A stretch of DNA of 62,624 bases, counting the filler, from Dimorphilus gyrociliatus (Eukaryota; Animalia; Annelida), in NCBI GenBank assembly GCA_904063045.1. It is 4 parts of 4 records of this genome, joined end to end, with 100 filler letters (N's around TTAATTAATTAA, not from the genome) between each part and the next. Parts side by side here need not be neighbours in the genome. Positions count along the whole stretch, not along the records: positions 15,393 to 45,309 come from CAJFCJ010000091.1; positions 45,410 to 60,833 come from CAJFCJ010000229.1; 2 more parts are not named here. One strand, given 5' to 3'. This document shows, one piece after another, positions 38,831 to 52,019 of the stretch; the first letter of the stretch is position 1; the number at the start of each line of letters is the position of its first letter. The notes beneath the pieces are model-generated. The model saw only the letters and a list, made by a program, of their open reading frames with translations. It was not told the origin of the DNA and ran no database searches. Position numbers and translations under genes: made by a program.

Positions 38831-40211
38831 AATTAAATCTTATCACATAACAATTTATTGAATAAGAAAATAAGAAACTATAGGCTTACAAAAAATCAAC
38901 ATTATACACATTCTTAAATGCCATAAGAAATAGATGGATAAAGCAAGACAATATTGTAACCAGTGATGCCTATCTTCTCAATCAACCTGCTTGAACTAAA
39001 TGAATCATAAAAGTATTCAGTTGAAAAAAAATATTTAGTGACTGTTTTCATTCTTGAACATGCTATAGGGTTAAAAATTTCTTACATAGTGACCTTCAAA
39101 CTAACAGCATGTATTCATATTAAATATGAATTATTAATAGTTATTTATCTTATCAATTTGTCATCAACATTTTTATGGGAGTGACCTATTTTTGTATAAA
39201 GAAACTTTCAATTTAGTCATTTGCATTCCAGATAGAATTTCATTCTTCAATATTATTCTACTATCTGCTTTAATGGCAATTTCTGTTCTTAATATTCCAT
39301 GATTTATTGCTAGACAGGTTTGAATTGAAACAATTTAGAGTATAAAGCAGACACAGGTAATCCCCAATAAATAACCAAATCATACATAAGTTCGAAAAGT
39401 GTAACAGTTTAGTAAATGTGCTTATTACTCTATCATAATGATACTTACACTAAAAATACTTAGCAAGATATAAGCGTATATGTTCTTTAGTAATATTTTA
39501 CATAAAAGTTTGAGTAGTAATATTTTTGAATTTCAATGAAAAATTGTAAAATGACAAAGAAAGATACAATAATCTCAATATCATATACAAATTATTCTGA
39601 TATTTTTTTTAATATGAACATTATTGTTGAATTTTAAACAGTTTAGAGTACAGTTATTAGGCTTATTCTTAAAATTTCCTATGTAGGTCACTGTTTTGTA
39701 TATCTATTGAGGTTTGATAAAGAGGAGCTGACAGTTTCGTTGACAGTTTTGTGTCAATAGGTTGTTGAAGACTAAGTTGTAGATTGTTAAAAGAGTGATG
39801 TAAGTACAATTTTGTAAAACATTAATGGAATATTTATTCTTTTGTTTTAATTAAGGTAAATATGTAGTCAACTATAGCCAATATATGAGTGAATTAATAC
39901 TGATAAAAATAGAATACTCTTAGTTTCATTAATAATTCAAAGATATTTTTTTAACTATATCACTAGAGGTGAAATTTCACTTCTAATTTTAACTTCTATC
40001 TTAATGAATAACCTTGAAAATGTTAGAAAAGGTTTTACCTTATTGAGCGTCATGTATAATATTGAATAATATTGAAGGCTGTGTACCAAAAAGCAAGTCA
40101 TAACTGAGTAAAAAGCTTTGAACAGTCACAATAAATTTTCAATGAACTCTCTCTCTCATAAAATTATACTATTAGTTTTTGTAAAGAAGTATTAATGTTG
40201 ATTCTTTTAGC

Positions 40212-43200
40212 ATGCCTTTAACACATCCTATTGAAAATGCTGGATATATCTCATATTTTCTACAAGCGTAAGTTAATTACAAATTTAAATAAAAAAAACT
40301 AACCTATTAAAAAAAAAAAATTAGTTGGATTATTGGAATTGTGAGAAAGCAAGATTGGAAAAAAAACATTCGAAAATTTGCTACACCAACAGAATATGAT
40401 TCAAAGATATTACACCTGTCATTAAAAGAGTTAGTTAATGTTTATCAGTTATAAATTTATAATGCTATAAAAATTTTTGAAAAATTACAGGCTATTTGAC
40501 AAAGATCAAAAGAATGGAAAGAATATATCTATTTTGAAGCATCTGTTTACTTTATCGAAAACAGCCCTTTTGAAGGCATACTTGTGTAGAATTTTTTCTA
40601 TTACTTTTAAAATGACTATTCCCTTTCTACTTCAAATAATAGTCTTTGATTTGGAAAATAAAGTAACCTACACAACATATGTTGTAGCATTTGCATTAAG
40701 TAATTTTTTTATACTTTTTCATAGTGTATCATCTAATAATATTAATATTTTCAGGTTTCTTTTTATTAATTGATGGCATCCTCAGTAGATTATCAACAGT
40801 AATTTCAATATATCAAGCCATTGCTCTTCGTGCTGCTTTAAGCTCTTGCATATTTGAAAAAGTATTTTGTAGATTGAAGAAAAGACAAACTATAATTGTA
40901 CTTTAAATAATTTCAGATAATGAAAATAGATTATCAATTATATCATGCACTATCAACTGGATTTATTCTCTCTACAATTTCAACTGATATTGAAAAACTG
41001 TATGTCTTTGCAACATATGTCACTTCTATTGTTTCAGGCACCTTGCTAATAGTTGTAGTTACAGTTTTGATAGCTATCTTTTATAATCCTATTGCTGCAC
41101 TTGGTTATTTTTCTTTGAATCTTGCAATTGTTACTTTTCTGTGTTTTTTTGGACTTAAGCAAGGTTCATTTAGAGCAAAAATAGCAGAGAAAAGTGATAA
41201 AAGAATTTTATTCATGAATGAAATCTTGATTGGTATGCAAACAATAAAGATGCAAGTGTGGGAAAAATATTTCATAAAGACAATTAAAAAATTAAGGGAA
41301 AGTGAAATATTGGAAATATTTAATACTTACATCTTTCGAAACATCAATAAAGCAATATCTATTATTGGAGTTAGATTAAGCACATTGTTAGTCATTACAA
41401 TCTGCAAGTTATTAGGTGAAGATAACTTCACTTATCCAGTCTATATACGACTTTTATTGCTCATTGCATTCACCCAAGCTGATATGTTTCAATATCTTCC
41501 ATTGTGTTTTTACCTAATAAATGAAATAAAATCTTCAATGGGAAGAGTTAATGTAAGTTATCAAACAAATTTATTGTATAATGATAAATTATTAAATACA
41601 TCTTTATCAGAAACTACTAAATGCACAAGACAAAAATGATAATGAAAAGGAAATGTCATTGGAGGAAAAAGCCTATCTAAAAACAGATGATTCAGTTTTT
41701 GCAGCTTGTAAAATTAAAACAGCATGGAAGGTATAATATTTAATTTAACTGTTACTCAATTTGACTCTTACTTTTAAAAATAGAATTCATGCTCTGAAAA
41801 ATTAAAATACTGTTTAAGAGATGTGACAATCAAAACTTCCGAATCCAAACTAATTGGCATATATGGCTCAGTTGGTTCTGGAAAAGTATATATAATATAG
41901 TCTTTTTTTATGTAAATAATATTGTTTTCTATGCAGTCAACTCTCTTATTAACAATTTTGAAAGAAATACCACTTTTTTCTGGCTTCTTGAGCTGTCCCT
42001 CTAAAATATCATTTGCTCCTCAACTATCATGGTTGTTCAATGGTTCCCTAAAACAAAATATCCTTTTTCATGAATCATTTGATGAGAAGAAATATCAACA
42101 AGTTCTCCATGCTACTTCACTTGAAAAAGTAAGTTCAGCATCAACTCCAATATTTATAAAAAAAATCAACTTATATAATATCTAAGAATAGCACAACAAT
42201 ATTATTTTATTTCTTTCATTATTTTTCTAATTAGGATATAAGTGAGTGGGTAAATGGTGATCAAACACTGGTAGGTGAAAGAGGTCTCATGTTGAGTGGT
42301 GGACAGAAAGCAAGAATTGCTCTAGCAAGAGCTATCTACAGAGATGCTGATCTTTATTTATTGGATGATCCACTGAGTGCTTTAGATAAGAAAGTTGGAG
42401 GAGAAATTATGACTAGATGTATAAAAGGATATTTGAAAGATAAATTAATCATACTTGTTACACATCAAGTTTCATTTCTCAAGCAAGCTGATTTTTTGTT
42501 TGAATTAGAAAATGGAATTTGCAGAGAAGTAGCCGTATCCTCTTTTATAAAATTTAAGTGTGAACATTCAAAACAAAAGTCAGATGATACTTGCTATGAA
42601 GAACAATTTATAGAAGAGGAAGACAGCAGCACTGGATTTGCTGGATTAAAAACATATCATAACTATTTTAAAAATGGAAGCTATCTATTGATAGGATTTT
42701 TTCTTGTTCTATTTGCCCTGATTTTTATCTTGTTGACAACCTATGATTTGTCTCTAAGTTATTTCTCAAAGCAGACATTTAAAATTTCATCCATTTATGC
42801 AATTATCTTTTTATTATTTTTAATGGTTTTTCTAGAGACAGTTCGTCAATGGCTATTTACAATAAACATATCTTTCTGCTCTGTAAATCTACATAACAGA
42901 ATGTTTAAAAGGATAATGACAATACCAATGAGGTTCTTTAATAGAAATCCTAAAGGAAGAATATTAAATAGGTTTTCTCGAGATATTGGATTTGTTGATT
43001 CACTTGTGGTTGATCTACTTGATCAAATTGTGTTAAATTTTGGACTGACAATATTCATAATAATTCTTGCAATATTCAACATATATTATTTGATTCTTCC
43101 AGCAGCCATTCTTGTAGTGTTACTATCTTATTCATTTAGTAAGCTGTCACCTATTTCTAGTGAATTAAAGAGATTTGAAGCAATGGATAGAACACCTATG

Positions 43201-44447
43201 TTTCAACAGATAGATAATGTTTTAAGTGGTATTCTGACAATAAGATGTTTTGAAAAAGAACAAGTTTACATGAAGAAATTTTATGAAGCTTCAAATCAAC
43301 ACAGCAATACTGCTTTATTATTAGAAACTTTTGTCATGTTTAGTCAACAAGTTTATTCAATAATTGTGTTAGTTTTCATTATGGTTGTAGCAGTTATAAT
43401 AATTTTCTTTTTATCATCCTTTAATCCTCTAATATCAGCATTGGTAATCACTTATCTTTGCAGTATATTTGATGCTCTTCAATTTTCACTGAGAGTTATG
43501 TCAGATTTCGATATTGCTGTAGGTATTCATTTTTTTAATGTTAATAGAGTTCACAGTCATATTTCTTTTTGTTATTTCAGATGATATCAGTTCAAAGAAT
43601 TACACATTACTCTACACTTGGTCAAGAACAGGATACAATTGACAATTCTGTGGAAATATCACCATCTTGGCCTCAAAATGGACACATTAAATTTAAAAAT
43701 GTTTCTTTGAGATATGATGAAAAATTGCCATTAGTTCTCAAATCATTAAATTTTGAAATTAAAGCAGGAGAAAAAGTATATCAAATGTTTATAACAAACT
43801 AATATATCTAATTTCAATTTTACAAACAGATTGGAGTTGTTGGAAGAACTGGAGCAGGGAAGAGTTCTCTTCTTGCTGCCCTCTTTCAGTTGACTAAAAT
43901 AGAGGGACAAATTTTTTTAGATGATATTGATATTGTAAATAATGTAGATTTAAGCAAATCTAGATCAGTGATTTCAGTTATACCACAAGATCCTATTTTG
44001 TTCTCTGGATCATTCAGATCTAACCTAGATCCTTTTGATATATATACTGATGATGAGATATGGTCAAGTTTGGCAAAAGTTCAATTGTCACAACGAGTGT
44101 TTAATCAAAGAGAACAACTTGACTCCCAAATTATGGAAGGTGGAAAAAATCTGAGCATTGGAGAGAGACAGCTTTTTTGCTTAGCTAGAGCAATTTTAAA
44201 GAAAAGTCGTATTTTAGTGATTGATGAGGCAACAGCAAATGTCGATAATAAAACAGATGAAATCATTCAAGAGATATTGAAAAGTGAATTCAAAAAGTGT
44301 ACAATGATAACCATTGCTCATAGGTTAGAAACAATAAAGCATTATGATAGAATCATTGTTATGGATAATGGTCAAATTATTGAAAGTGGTAGTTATAATG
44401 ATCTAATGGAAAAGAAGGAACATTTATACATGCTTGCCCACAGTTAA
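40212..44447 (+). CDS. ABC transporter subfamily C, short (no TMD0), MRP4/ABCC4-like, 11 exons
   Basis: Starts MPLTHPIENAGYISYFLQAW, then TMD1. NBD1 has GSVGSGK|S, LSGGQKARIALARA and LLDDPLSALD. TMD2 has FFNRNPKGRILNRFSRD. NBD2 has GRTGAGKSS, LSIGERQLFCLARA and IDEATANVD. GT-AG introns of about 50-105 bp keep frame where checked. Confidence 0.95.
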
Positions 44448-44906
44448 GAAATAGACAACTTCTGTATGTTGTTAAAGGAAATAGCTTTAGTTAACAAAGG
44501 CTTGAAGAGAAGAATTAAACATCTATAAAGAATTCACACTATTTTTTTTAAATTGGAAACAGCTTGAAAATATAAATGCTACAATTAGTCAATAAATACT
44601 TTAAGCAATTTAGTCTACTCTTATATGAAATAATAAATAAATTTATGCTAACTGTGTGCTGGTTCAGTAAATTGTAATATTTAATTATTCAATAAATATA
44701 TATTTTAACAGAATATAATATCTATGCTTGCACACATACATTCATCAGCTATACTGTACAATAGAGAAGTAGTATCGAACTAGTATTGTGAGATGCAGAT
44801 AGCACTGCTAGAGATAAGAAGTATTGACCTAGTTTTGCATAGGGCAGTGTATACACATTGCTCAGTAATAAAACCTATTAAATTATATACAGAATAATTT
44901 TTCATT

Positions 44907-45309
44907 ATGGAAAAACTAGATATGGCCATAATACTTGATTACGACTTCTTACAAAATTCTGGAGTCATTATTAATTTTGCAACAAAACACGTTTCCCTTC
45001 CATTCTTTATCAGAAGAGGGGAACAAGTTAAGAAGTTTATGCAACAATCCCAAAGTCAACAAACAAAAAATGGAAAACAACCAAATATGGAGAAAATAAC
45101 TGTTGAAATGATGGGAAAACATTTTCAAAATTATCAAAACTAAACTGAAAATGTTGACAGTAAAACCTATTCAGATAATGATTTGGGAATTACTATAAAT
45201 TCATCTGAAGAGGATACCTAAACTACATCAGAGAATTAGATAAAAAAAATGGAAATGGAAACTCAATGAAAAGAGTTGGTGCATAAGAAAACTATCGAAG
45301 TTAAAAGAG
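44907..45309 (+). pseudogene. Retroelement pol fragment (end of aspartic protease-like region)
   Basis: AIILDYDFLQNSGVIINF resembles the ILG.DFL....ID motif of retropepsins, followed by stops. Confidence 0.4.
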
Positions 45310-45409
45310 NNNNNNNNNNNNNNNNNNNNNNNNNNNNNNNNNNNNNNNNNNNNTTAATTAATTAANNNNNNNNNNNNNNNNNNNNNNNNNNNNNNNNNNN
45401 NNNNNNNNN
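45310..45409. other. Synthetic contig linker
   Basis: 44 N + TTAATTAATTAA + 44 N. Confidence 0.97.
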
Positions 45410-45619
45410 CATTGCTCATTTAAATATGGATCATGGACTTATAGTGGATATGACATTGGACTCCAGTTTCCCTCTGGCATGGAACAGATAGATTTAAATG
45501 ACTACTATGGTAACTATAGAATTCTTAAAAATACTGGTACATTAAATGTTAAGTTTTATCCTTGTTGTCCTGAGTCATACCCAGATATTACATTCACATT
45601 AGTACTATCCAAAAAGTAA
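45410..45619 (+). CDS. C-terminal 69 aa of a nicotinic-receptor-type ligand-binding domain ending without TM helices (AChBP-like), 5'-truncated
   Basis: HCSFKYGSWTYSGYDIGLQ...KFYPCCPESYPDITFTLVLSKK*: second Cys-loop Cys, loop B Trp, and loop C Tyr-x-Cys-Cys-x3-Tyr. TAA at 45617 and AATAAA at 45678. Confidence 0.8.
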   Translation, partial: HCSFKYGSWTYSGYDIGLQFPSGMEQIDLNDYYGNYRILKNTGTLNVKFYPCCPESYPDITFTLVLSKK

Positions 45620-46440
45620 TCATTGAAACTAATGAAATAATTAAGATTTGGATGAAAAAATCATTTTATCTGCATTCAATAAAATTTGTTACTGTGATGT
45701 TACAGTGATTTTTATTAGTTAAGAAATTGGTAGTAATGTGGACAGGGTTAAAATAAAAAAAAGCAGAGGATTAAAATTGTTACATCTTATGTAATTCTTC
45801 AACCTGAGAAATTCAACTATTATTTAGAAGAGGAAAATATAATGTTTAAAGCATTGCCAGCCACTTGACCTAATGAAATTAAATAGCCTCTCTCCTTCAT
45901 TTGTTTCTAATTTTCTCATGTACCCAATATCATTTTCATACCCAGCTAGAGCAGCATCTTTCAATAAATGAAGTCAACCATTGTAGTAATTTCTCCTGCC
46001 CCCATTGGATAGAATATAAAATTGCAAAAAATGCTGCTGTCACAATTCATCTAACTTCATTATGTTCTTGTTTCTTCTTGCAATTAGAACTCTTTCCACT
46101 TGACAATCAGCATGTTTAGGGGATAACCACTCATCTGCAATCAAACTTATACCAAGCATTTGCAACTTCATCAATGATAATTATTCTAAATATACAGTAA
46201 ATACCTAGGATTGTATTCTTTGGCCCAAGTCTTTTCTTTCTCAAGGGAGACTTTAATATAGATGATTGATCCTATAGTACTATTTGTTGTCATAATAAAT
46301 GATCTGACACTTTCTGCATTAAAGGAAACCACTTCCTGTAAAGTTAATATCCTATTTCCAGTAATATTTTAACTCCTATAGCATGTTAAAGCCACCTTGG
46401 ACTTGGTACCACCTTCCCTCTGATTTCTGGTGTAGACATG

Positions 46441-46949
46441 TTTACAACTTTGGTTATATTTTACATGCTTGAACTCTATTATTTGATGCAACATATACAT
46501 GTACATCTTAAAACCTACGCAAGAAAATGCTATAACATTGGCCAAACATAAGTCTGATTAGTCAGCTTCAAGGCTCATCTTTAATTACCAATAAAGGTTT
46601 GGCCAAGTTATAATTTAATTAACTTGCCTAGGGTGTCGCCAAGTTATAATTCAATTAACCTTCCTAAATGTTCAACCTTGTAACATCCTGTTACTAAACA
46701 TAAATATGTATATGAAAATAATACACATTTCGGCAACTGTAAAGTGATGATTGGATGTCAGAGACAAACCTCAAAGTATATAAATCCTCATTATTCTCAT
46801 TTGGCATGCAGCTTCCATCTGGACCCAAGGACCTGGGAAAATCATCTGGAAACAACCTCCACTGGAACCATCCATCTACTCCTCAACATTGGAAGACAGT
46901 TTGGTAATTTGGCAACCTGCTTTTACAAACTATCTACTCTGCTATCAAA
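46441..46949 (+). repeat. Truncated copy of the gypsy LTR
   Basis: Inverse homolog of about 18415-18917, lacking about 130 bp of the 3' end. Confidence 0.9.
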
Positions 46950-47244
46950 TTGGCAATAAACCCAATGCACATTAGCATTCTGTTTTGTTCTGTTTTCTCA
47001 GTTTTTCCATTTTTGGAATCTAGCAGACTCATAATGTTAAGTCTTTGCATTTCATTCACTAAACAATTTGTTCACAGTATATAGAAGGGTCAAGGTATAG
47101 ACAGTGTTGTCCTGGATGGAAAACTAAGAGATTTTGCTGAATATGGAATTCTGATTTAAATCTGGGAATATCATAAAGAAAATCTATAATTTAAACATAT
47201 AACTTATTTTTCCCATTTGTGTTAATGTGTAATCTAATTGGTGA

Positions 47245-48525
47245 CAGGTGAAACAGTACCTGGGTGAAACTGTACTTGGGTGAAATCATATCCATTGAGG
47301 GTGAAACCCTACTCATTGAGGGTGAAATCGTACCCATAGGTGGTGAATCTCTTGCTGTGACCAAGTAAAACTGTTATTGTTGATTCATATAGAAATGAAA
47401 AAAATATGATTATTTATGTATTGAAGAGGTATTATACTATAAGTTAACTAAAGAAAAGAACAGATAATAAAAACTGTGGAGTATAAATATAAGAAGTCTG
47501 GATTAATAATTCATCAGCTAATATCCTTCCAAGCCTATAATCATCCCAGATTTCAAATATGTTCTTCTGTATATCATCATATTTTTTTCTCTGATATTTG
47601 ATAATCTTCTCAAAGAGAAGTTTTTCATAAATACAAACAAAATCAGCCTCTCTTTTCAATTCATCAATCAACAAATAGAATGATCCTTTTGATTGTACTT
47701 TATTATTCATTCTATTGTGCCATCCTTCCATACTATTATTAGTCCTTATTGATAATCCAAATATTGACCAATTCAATGGTTTCCAAGTAGAATTCAAAAT
47801 CCAAGTATTTTTATAATATGCCAGCAAGTCTGAAAATTTTCTCTTTTCTTCCAGCTGACTCTTCAAGCTAAAAAATGTAGGAGTAATAATATCTGCAGGC
47901 AGAAAAGGTAAAGCCATCAACTTCCTCAGGTCTCTCCAGTCCTCTCCTTTCTCCATATATCTTCCAGAGAAGCCAAGAGACTAAAAAGAGAATTTATTAA
48001 AAGTTGAAAAGTATCATATTTATTAATATCTTGTACCTGAATTTTTCTATAGATTGCCTCGGTGAAGTGGAAAACACAACCATAAATTTCTGATTCTGGA
48101 TAGATCTTAGAGACAGTTTTCCACAAACTCATCTCAAAATCTATTACATACCAAACAGAATTTTCTCTTCTGTCTTCCATAAACTGTAAGTTTGCAATTT
48201 TTGCACTTGATTGCCATATTTCAAAATGTGCAGATTTGAAATGTTTAATTTATTATTTGAAAAGCAGCAGAAAACTTTGAAACAAATATTTAAATACTAT
48301 TTCAAGATTCTCTTATCAAGTAATCAACAAACAAATTCAAAATGGCTGACCTGAAAAACACTGGTACTTGTATATCACATATTTGTTAAAACAAATAAAT
48401 TAATTATTTCATTTTTTGATTTTCTCATGTTGACAGTTAAAATTTCATCCAGGTACGATTTCACCCTCAATGGGTAGGGTTTCACCCTCAATGGATACAG
48501 TTTCACCCAGGTACGGTTTCACCCC
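47245..48525 (-). mobile_element. Internally deleted Phantom-type MULE of a second family
   Basis: Ends are built from GGGTGAAAC.GTAC/CCATTGA units. ORFs contain VIDFE, GCVFHFTEAIYRKIQ|intron and RTNNSMEGWHNR. The PHD, FLYWCH and first-Asp (DGTF) region is missing. Confidence 0.85.
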
Positions 48526-48798
48526 TATTCATCTAATCTTTATGATATATATATGCCCTTTACACTGCATGGAAACTCTAGTCATATTTGAACATCAAAT
48601 TTTATTGCTTTTAAAAATATATACCCTTCAAAGGTTCTATCAAAAAAAGCTATGTCATTGAAAAAGGATAATTTCGAAGCTAGAATTTTAAGTAAGACAA
48701 GGTTTAGGACAGATATTAAAACAATTTTACCAGTTTACATTATTCCTTAGGAATATTAAGGAATAGAAAATTAGAGCAAGAGATTTGTTATGGTACAT

Positions 48799-50316
48799 TC
48801 ACAAAATTGGATATGTACTTTTTTTTTCCATAGTTTTACTTAGATACTTTGATATTTTGAAGGGTTTTAAAATATAATCAACATTAATCAGCCAACATAC
48901 TTCTTTGTTTCTTTCCACTTTTTCCCCCTTTATTAACTTGTTGTCAATGTCAATTGAAATGAACTTTGATTCAATTTTACCATCTGACTGAACTTCTGGA
49001 TAAAATTTGTATCTCTTTTTCCCAATATCACCAATCAGTCCATTCATTTCTTGATAATCTTCAGTTGATAGTTTAAAGCTTACATCCAAATGAATTTCTG
49101 ATGTATAGATTTCTGAATTTGAATTGTTTTTCCATGATGTACTAAAGACATTACAAAGATTTGATTTGTGACAATCAAATATTGAAAATGTTTAGATTTA
49201 AATGTAATGTTTTGCATATTGGCAGTCCAGTTAATTAGTTGTCCATTGTCAAAAATAATATAATTTGTTGAAGTGGTTATTATACCAAAATCAAATGTTA
49301 TAAAAATCTTATGAATGTAGTAATCATCTCTAAGCTGTCCATAAATTTGAATACCACTTGAACTAAAACCACCAATATGTAAATAATCTCCAGGCAAGCC
49401 TATCATAACATATAGATTTTTTTAATAGACTTGAATAGTCCAAAACAACTTGTTTGAAATGGGGATCCCCTGATGCAGAAGGCCATGGATCACTATTAGG
49501 AGCAAAATAAATTGGAATATCAACACTGAATATAAGAGTGTTGTCCAATTTTTCACAACTTAATCCCATCAGTATTGACTTTGTGGAACCAACTTTTGTA
49601 GCTACAACAGTATCATCATCATAACCAGAGAAAGTGTATTCAGATTTATCTAAACTTGCTTTATCAGGATTGGGGATGGAATAACTAAAAAAACACAAAA
49701 TGCCTAAATTAACACTCTTGTTTCACTATATCATGGTATTATTTATGGAAAAAGTGATCATTTTCAAAATAAATAAAAGTCATGCTGACTTGCAATTGAG
49801 TTTATCTTAAGTTTTAACACTTAACATTCTTCATACCATTTTCTGTAAACACTATATATTTAATGTTGAAAGAAATTGAAGACATTTCATCAGCACATGT
49901 GAAACTCTGAGTAATCAATGTCTTTTCTGTTAATATTTCAAAATGCTTAGATGGGACACTGAGACTGTTAAAAGACTCAGCTGTGTTTATAGATCCTCTA
50001 TAAAGCTCAATCCCATCAGGTTTTGTTAGTTTAAATCTGAAAAAAAACATTTAATGAAATATCTGAAACCATTCTAAATTGAAAAATTTGATAATAAATT
50101 CACTAACTCACAAGTAGGGGAGCCTAAATCTTTAATTAGTTTGACATCAGATCCATATTTTTTGATATTTACAATATCAAACTCTACCAAAAATTGATAG
50201 GCACATAAATTAGCTGTAAAAAATGAGCAAAATGTTATTAAAATTATTATTTACAAGCAAGAAAAGAGGCTAAGAAATCCTAATGTAAAAGCAAAACAAT
50301 TTAGTTTGGTCTTCAT
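48799..50316 (-). pseudogene. Secreted protein with an inter-alpha-trypsin-inhibitor heavy-chain C-terminal-like domain, multi-exon, frameshifted
   Basis: Signal-like start MKTKLNCFAFTLGFLSLFSC, then short-intron exons, then SASGDPHFKQVV...SICYD / IGLPGDYLHI..SGIQIYGQL, matching the GDPHF...CF.I.G.PG pattern from memory. Frame breaks near 49410 and 49085. Confidence 0.55.
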
Positions 50317-50840
50317 TTTTTTAATTTTGGATTTTTTTTGTACTGAGACACCAGAATATATATATATATATATATTTGTAAATATAGACAACCTCTTGTT
50401 AAAAAAATACTTCTTTTCAACTAGGTTGGGTCTTTTTTTTAATAAAAGAAAAATCTTTTGAAAAAATTTTAATTAAAACTGTCAGAATGTCATTTGTCAT
50501 GATAATTCAAAACAATACCTCATACACTTTTGGATAGTTTTTTTTCTTGTTTTCTATAACTTAACCATTGGATCTCTTTGCTCCTTTCTTTTTATTCTTA
50601 CTGAGTAGTTTCATTTTCTAATATTTTTATATTAACTCAATATTTAGCATTTGTCAGTTACATGCTTTAATTGTTATATGAAAATTATGCAAGAGAACTC
50701 TCTTATCAATACCTTATTGTAAAAATCTTGAATTATAAATCAAACATTTTGTATTAATAAAACATAGACAGTGCTGACATTATACATGACTACAAAGAAG
50801 TCTTCATGTTGAAGTTTTAAATCAAATCTGATTGGCATAT

Positions 50841-51110
50841 GTACTTGTATTGTAATTGTAGGAATTTGTGCTTCTTCAGAACACTATTAATCCTCTCCAA
50901 TGATTTATCAACTTACCAAAGTACTCACATAAATAGAATCTTTCAAGTTTCTACACAAATAGTCTTAACAAATGTAATTTTGGTAGAGATAATTCAACAA
51001 AACACCAGTATTTCATCAAAAGAATATGTTTCGAGTAAATGAGTTTCTAGTTCTAAACAATTAAGTTTAAACAGTTAATGGTTAAAAAACTGAATTGACA
51101 AGCTGGGGAA
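50841..51110. repeat. Diverged 3' fragment of family A
   Basis: TGTACTTGTATTGTAATTGTAGGAATTT...AAAACTGAA matches the inverse of family A ends. Confidence 0.7.
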
Positions 51111-51218
51111 AAGCATTTCCTTTTATACATTTCCAAAGCTGGGTTCAAGTGGTCAAAGGATTACAAACTTGAAATCTGATGGTCTCCTAATTCTCATGTA
51201 ACAAAAATATGAAAGACT

Positions 51219-51598
51219 TGTTATATCACACATATAAAATATAATGCTAAGATTAGGGCCACATGCCAAACATGTGCCACAGTAAACAGGTCTGCCTCAT
51301 CACCATCTGGTGTTTGATCTGCATCTTTTCCATGTTCTTTGTTCCTTTGTTAATTCCCAAGTAGCCAACATCTGTTACAGTCAAAGAGTCTATTTCTTAA
51401 GAAATAGAGTTCTTTCTAAAGTACTAAAAGCTAACACTATGAAATAAAAGTCTTTCTAAAGTTCCATGACTATAGTTCCTATGAAATGAAAGTATTTCTA
51501 TAGTTGGACCATTGTAATTCCTATAAAATGGAAGTCTTTCTAATGTACCCTTATATCTAAAGTTTAATTATTGATATATCATTATAGCTAAGTGCACA
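51219..51598. repeat. Family B repeat, second copy
   Basis: Inverse homolog of 37252-37630. Confidence 0.7.
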
Positions 51599-52019
51599 AC
51601 TTATGCAATTTGTTCACATTTAATATATTAAAATAACAAACTGTACTAGTTTAAATAAACAAAAGAAGATATTTGATAGATATTTATAAACACTCTATCA
51701 GCCATTTCATAATTGATACCTCCCCTTCTCTTTCTTTGTGCCAATCTGTTAAGTCTCAATTAACTGTGGGTGTCTGTCAGAATAACTTCTTTTAATTGAT
51801 AAGAATAATTATTAATTCATAGAAACTAATGTCCTTTAAAAAAAATTATCAAAAAATTGTTATTCTTTTATAAAATTCAGTTTTAGTAATTAGACTTCAA
51901 AAAAAGGGGTTAGTTGAAAATGAGTCACCATTTATTTAATCCAGCATTAGGGGGCTAAGCTGCATAAATCAAATAGTAAATTATCTTATTATAATTATAT
52001 CTTTAGCTATTCAAACAAA

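Noticed and set aside
45900-46440. Protein-like stretches on the minus strand (e.g. DEWLSPKHADCQVERVLIARR)
   Set aside because: Broken by stops in every frame and not assignable to a family.
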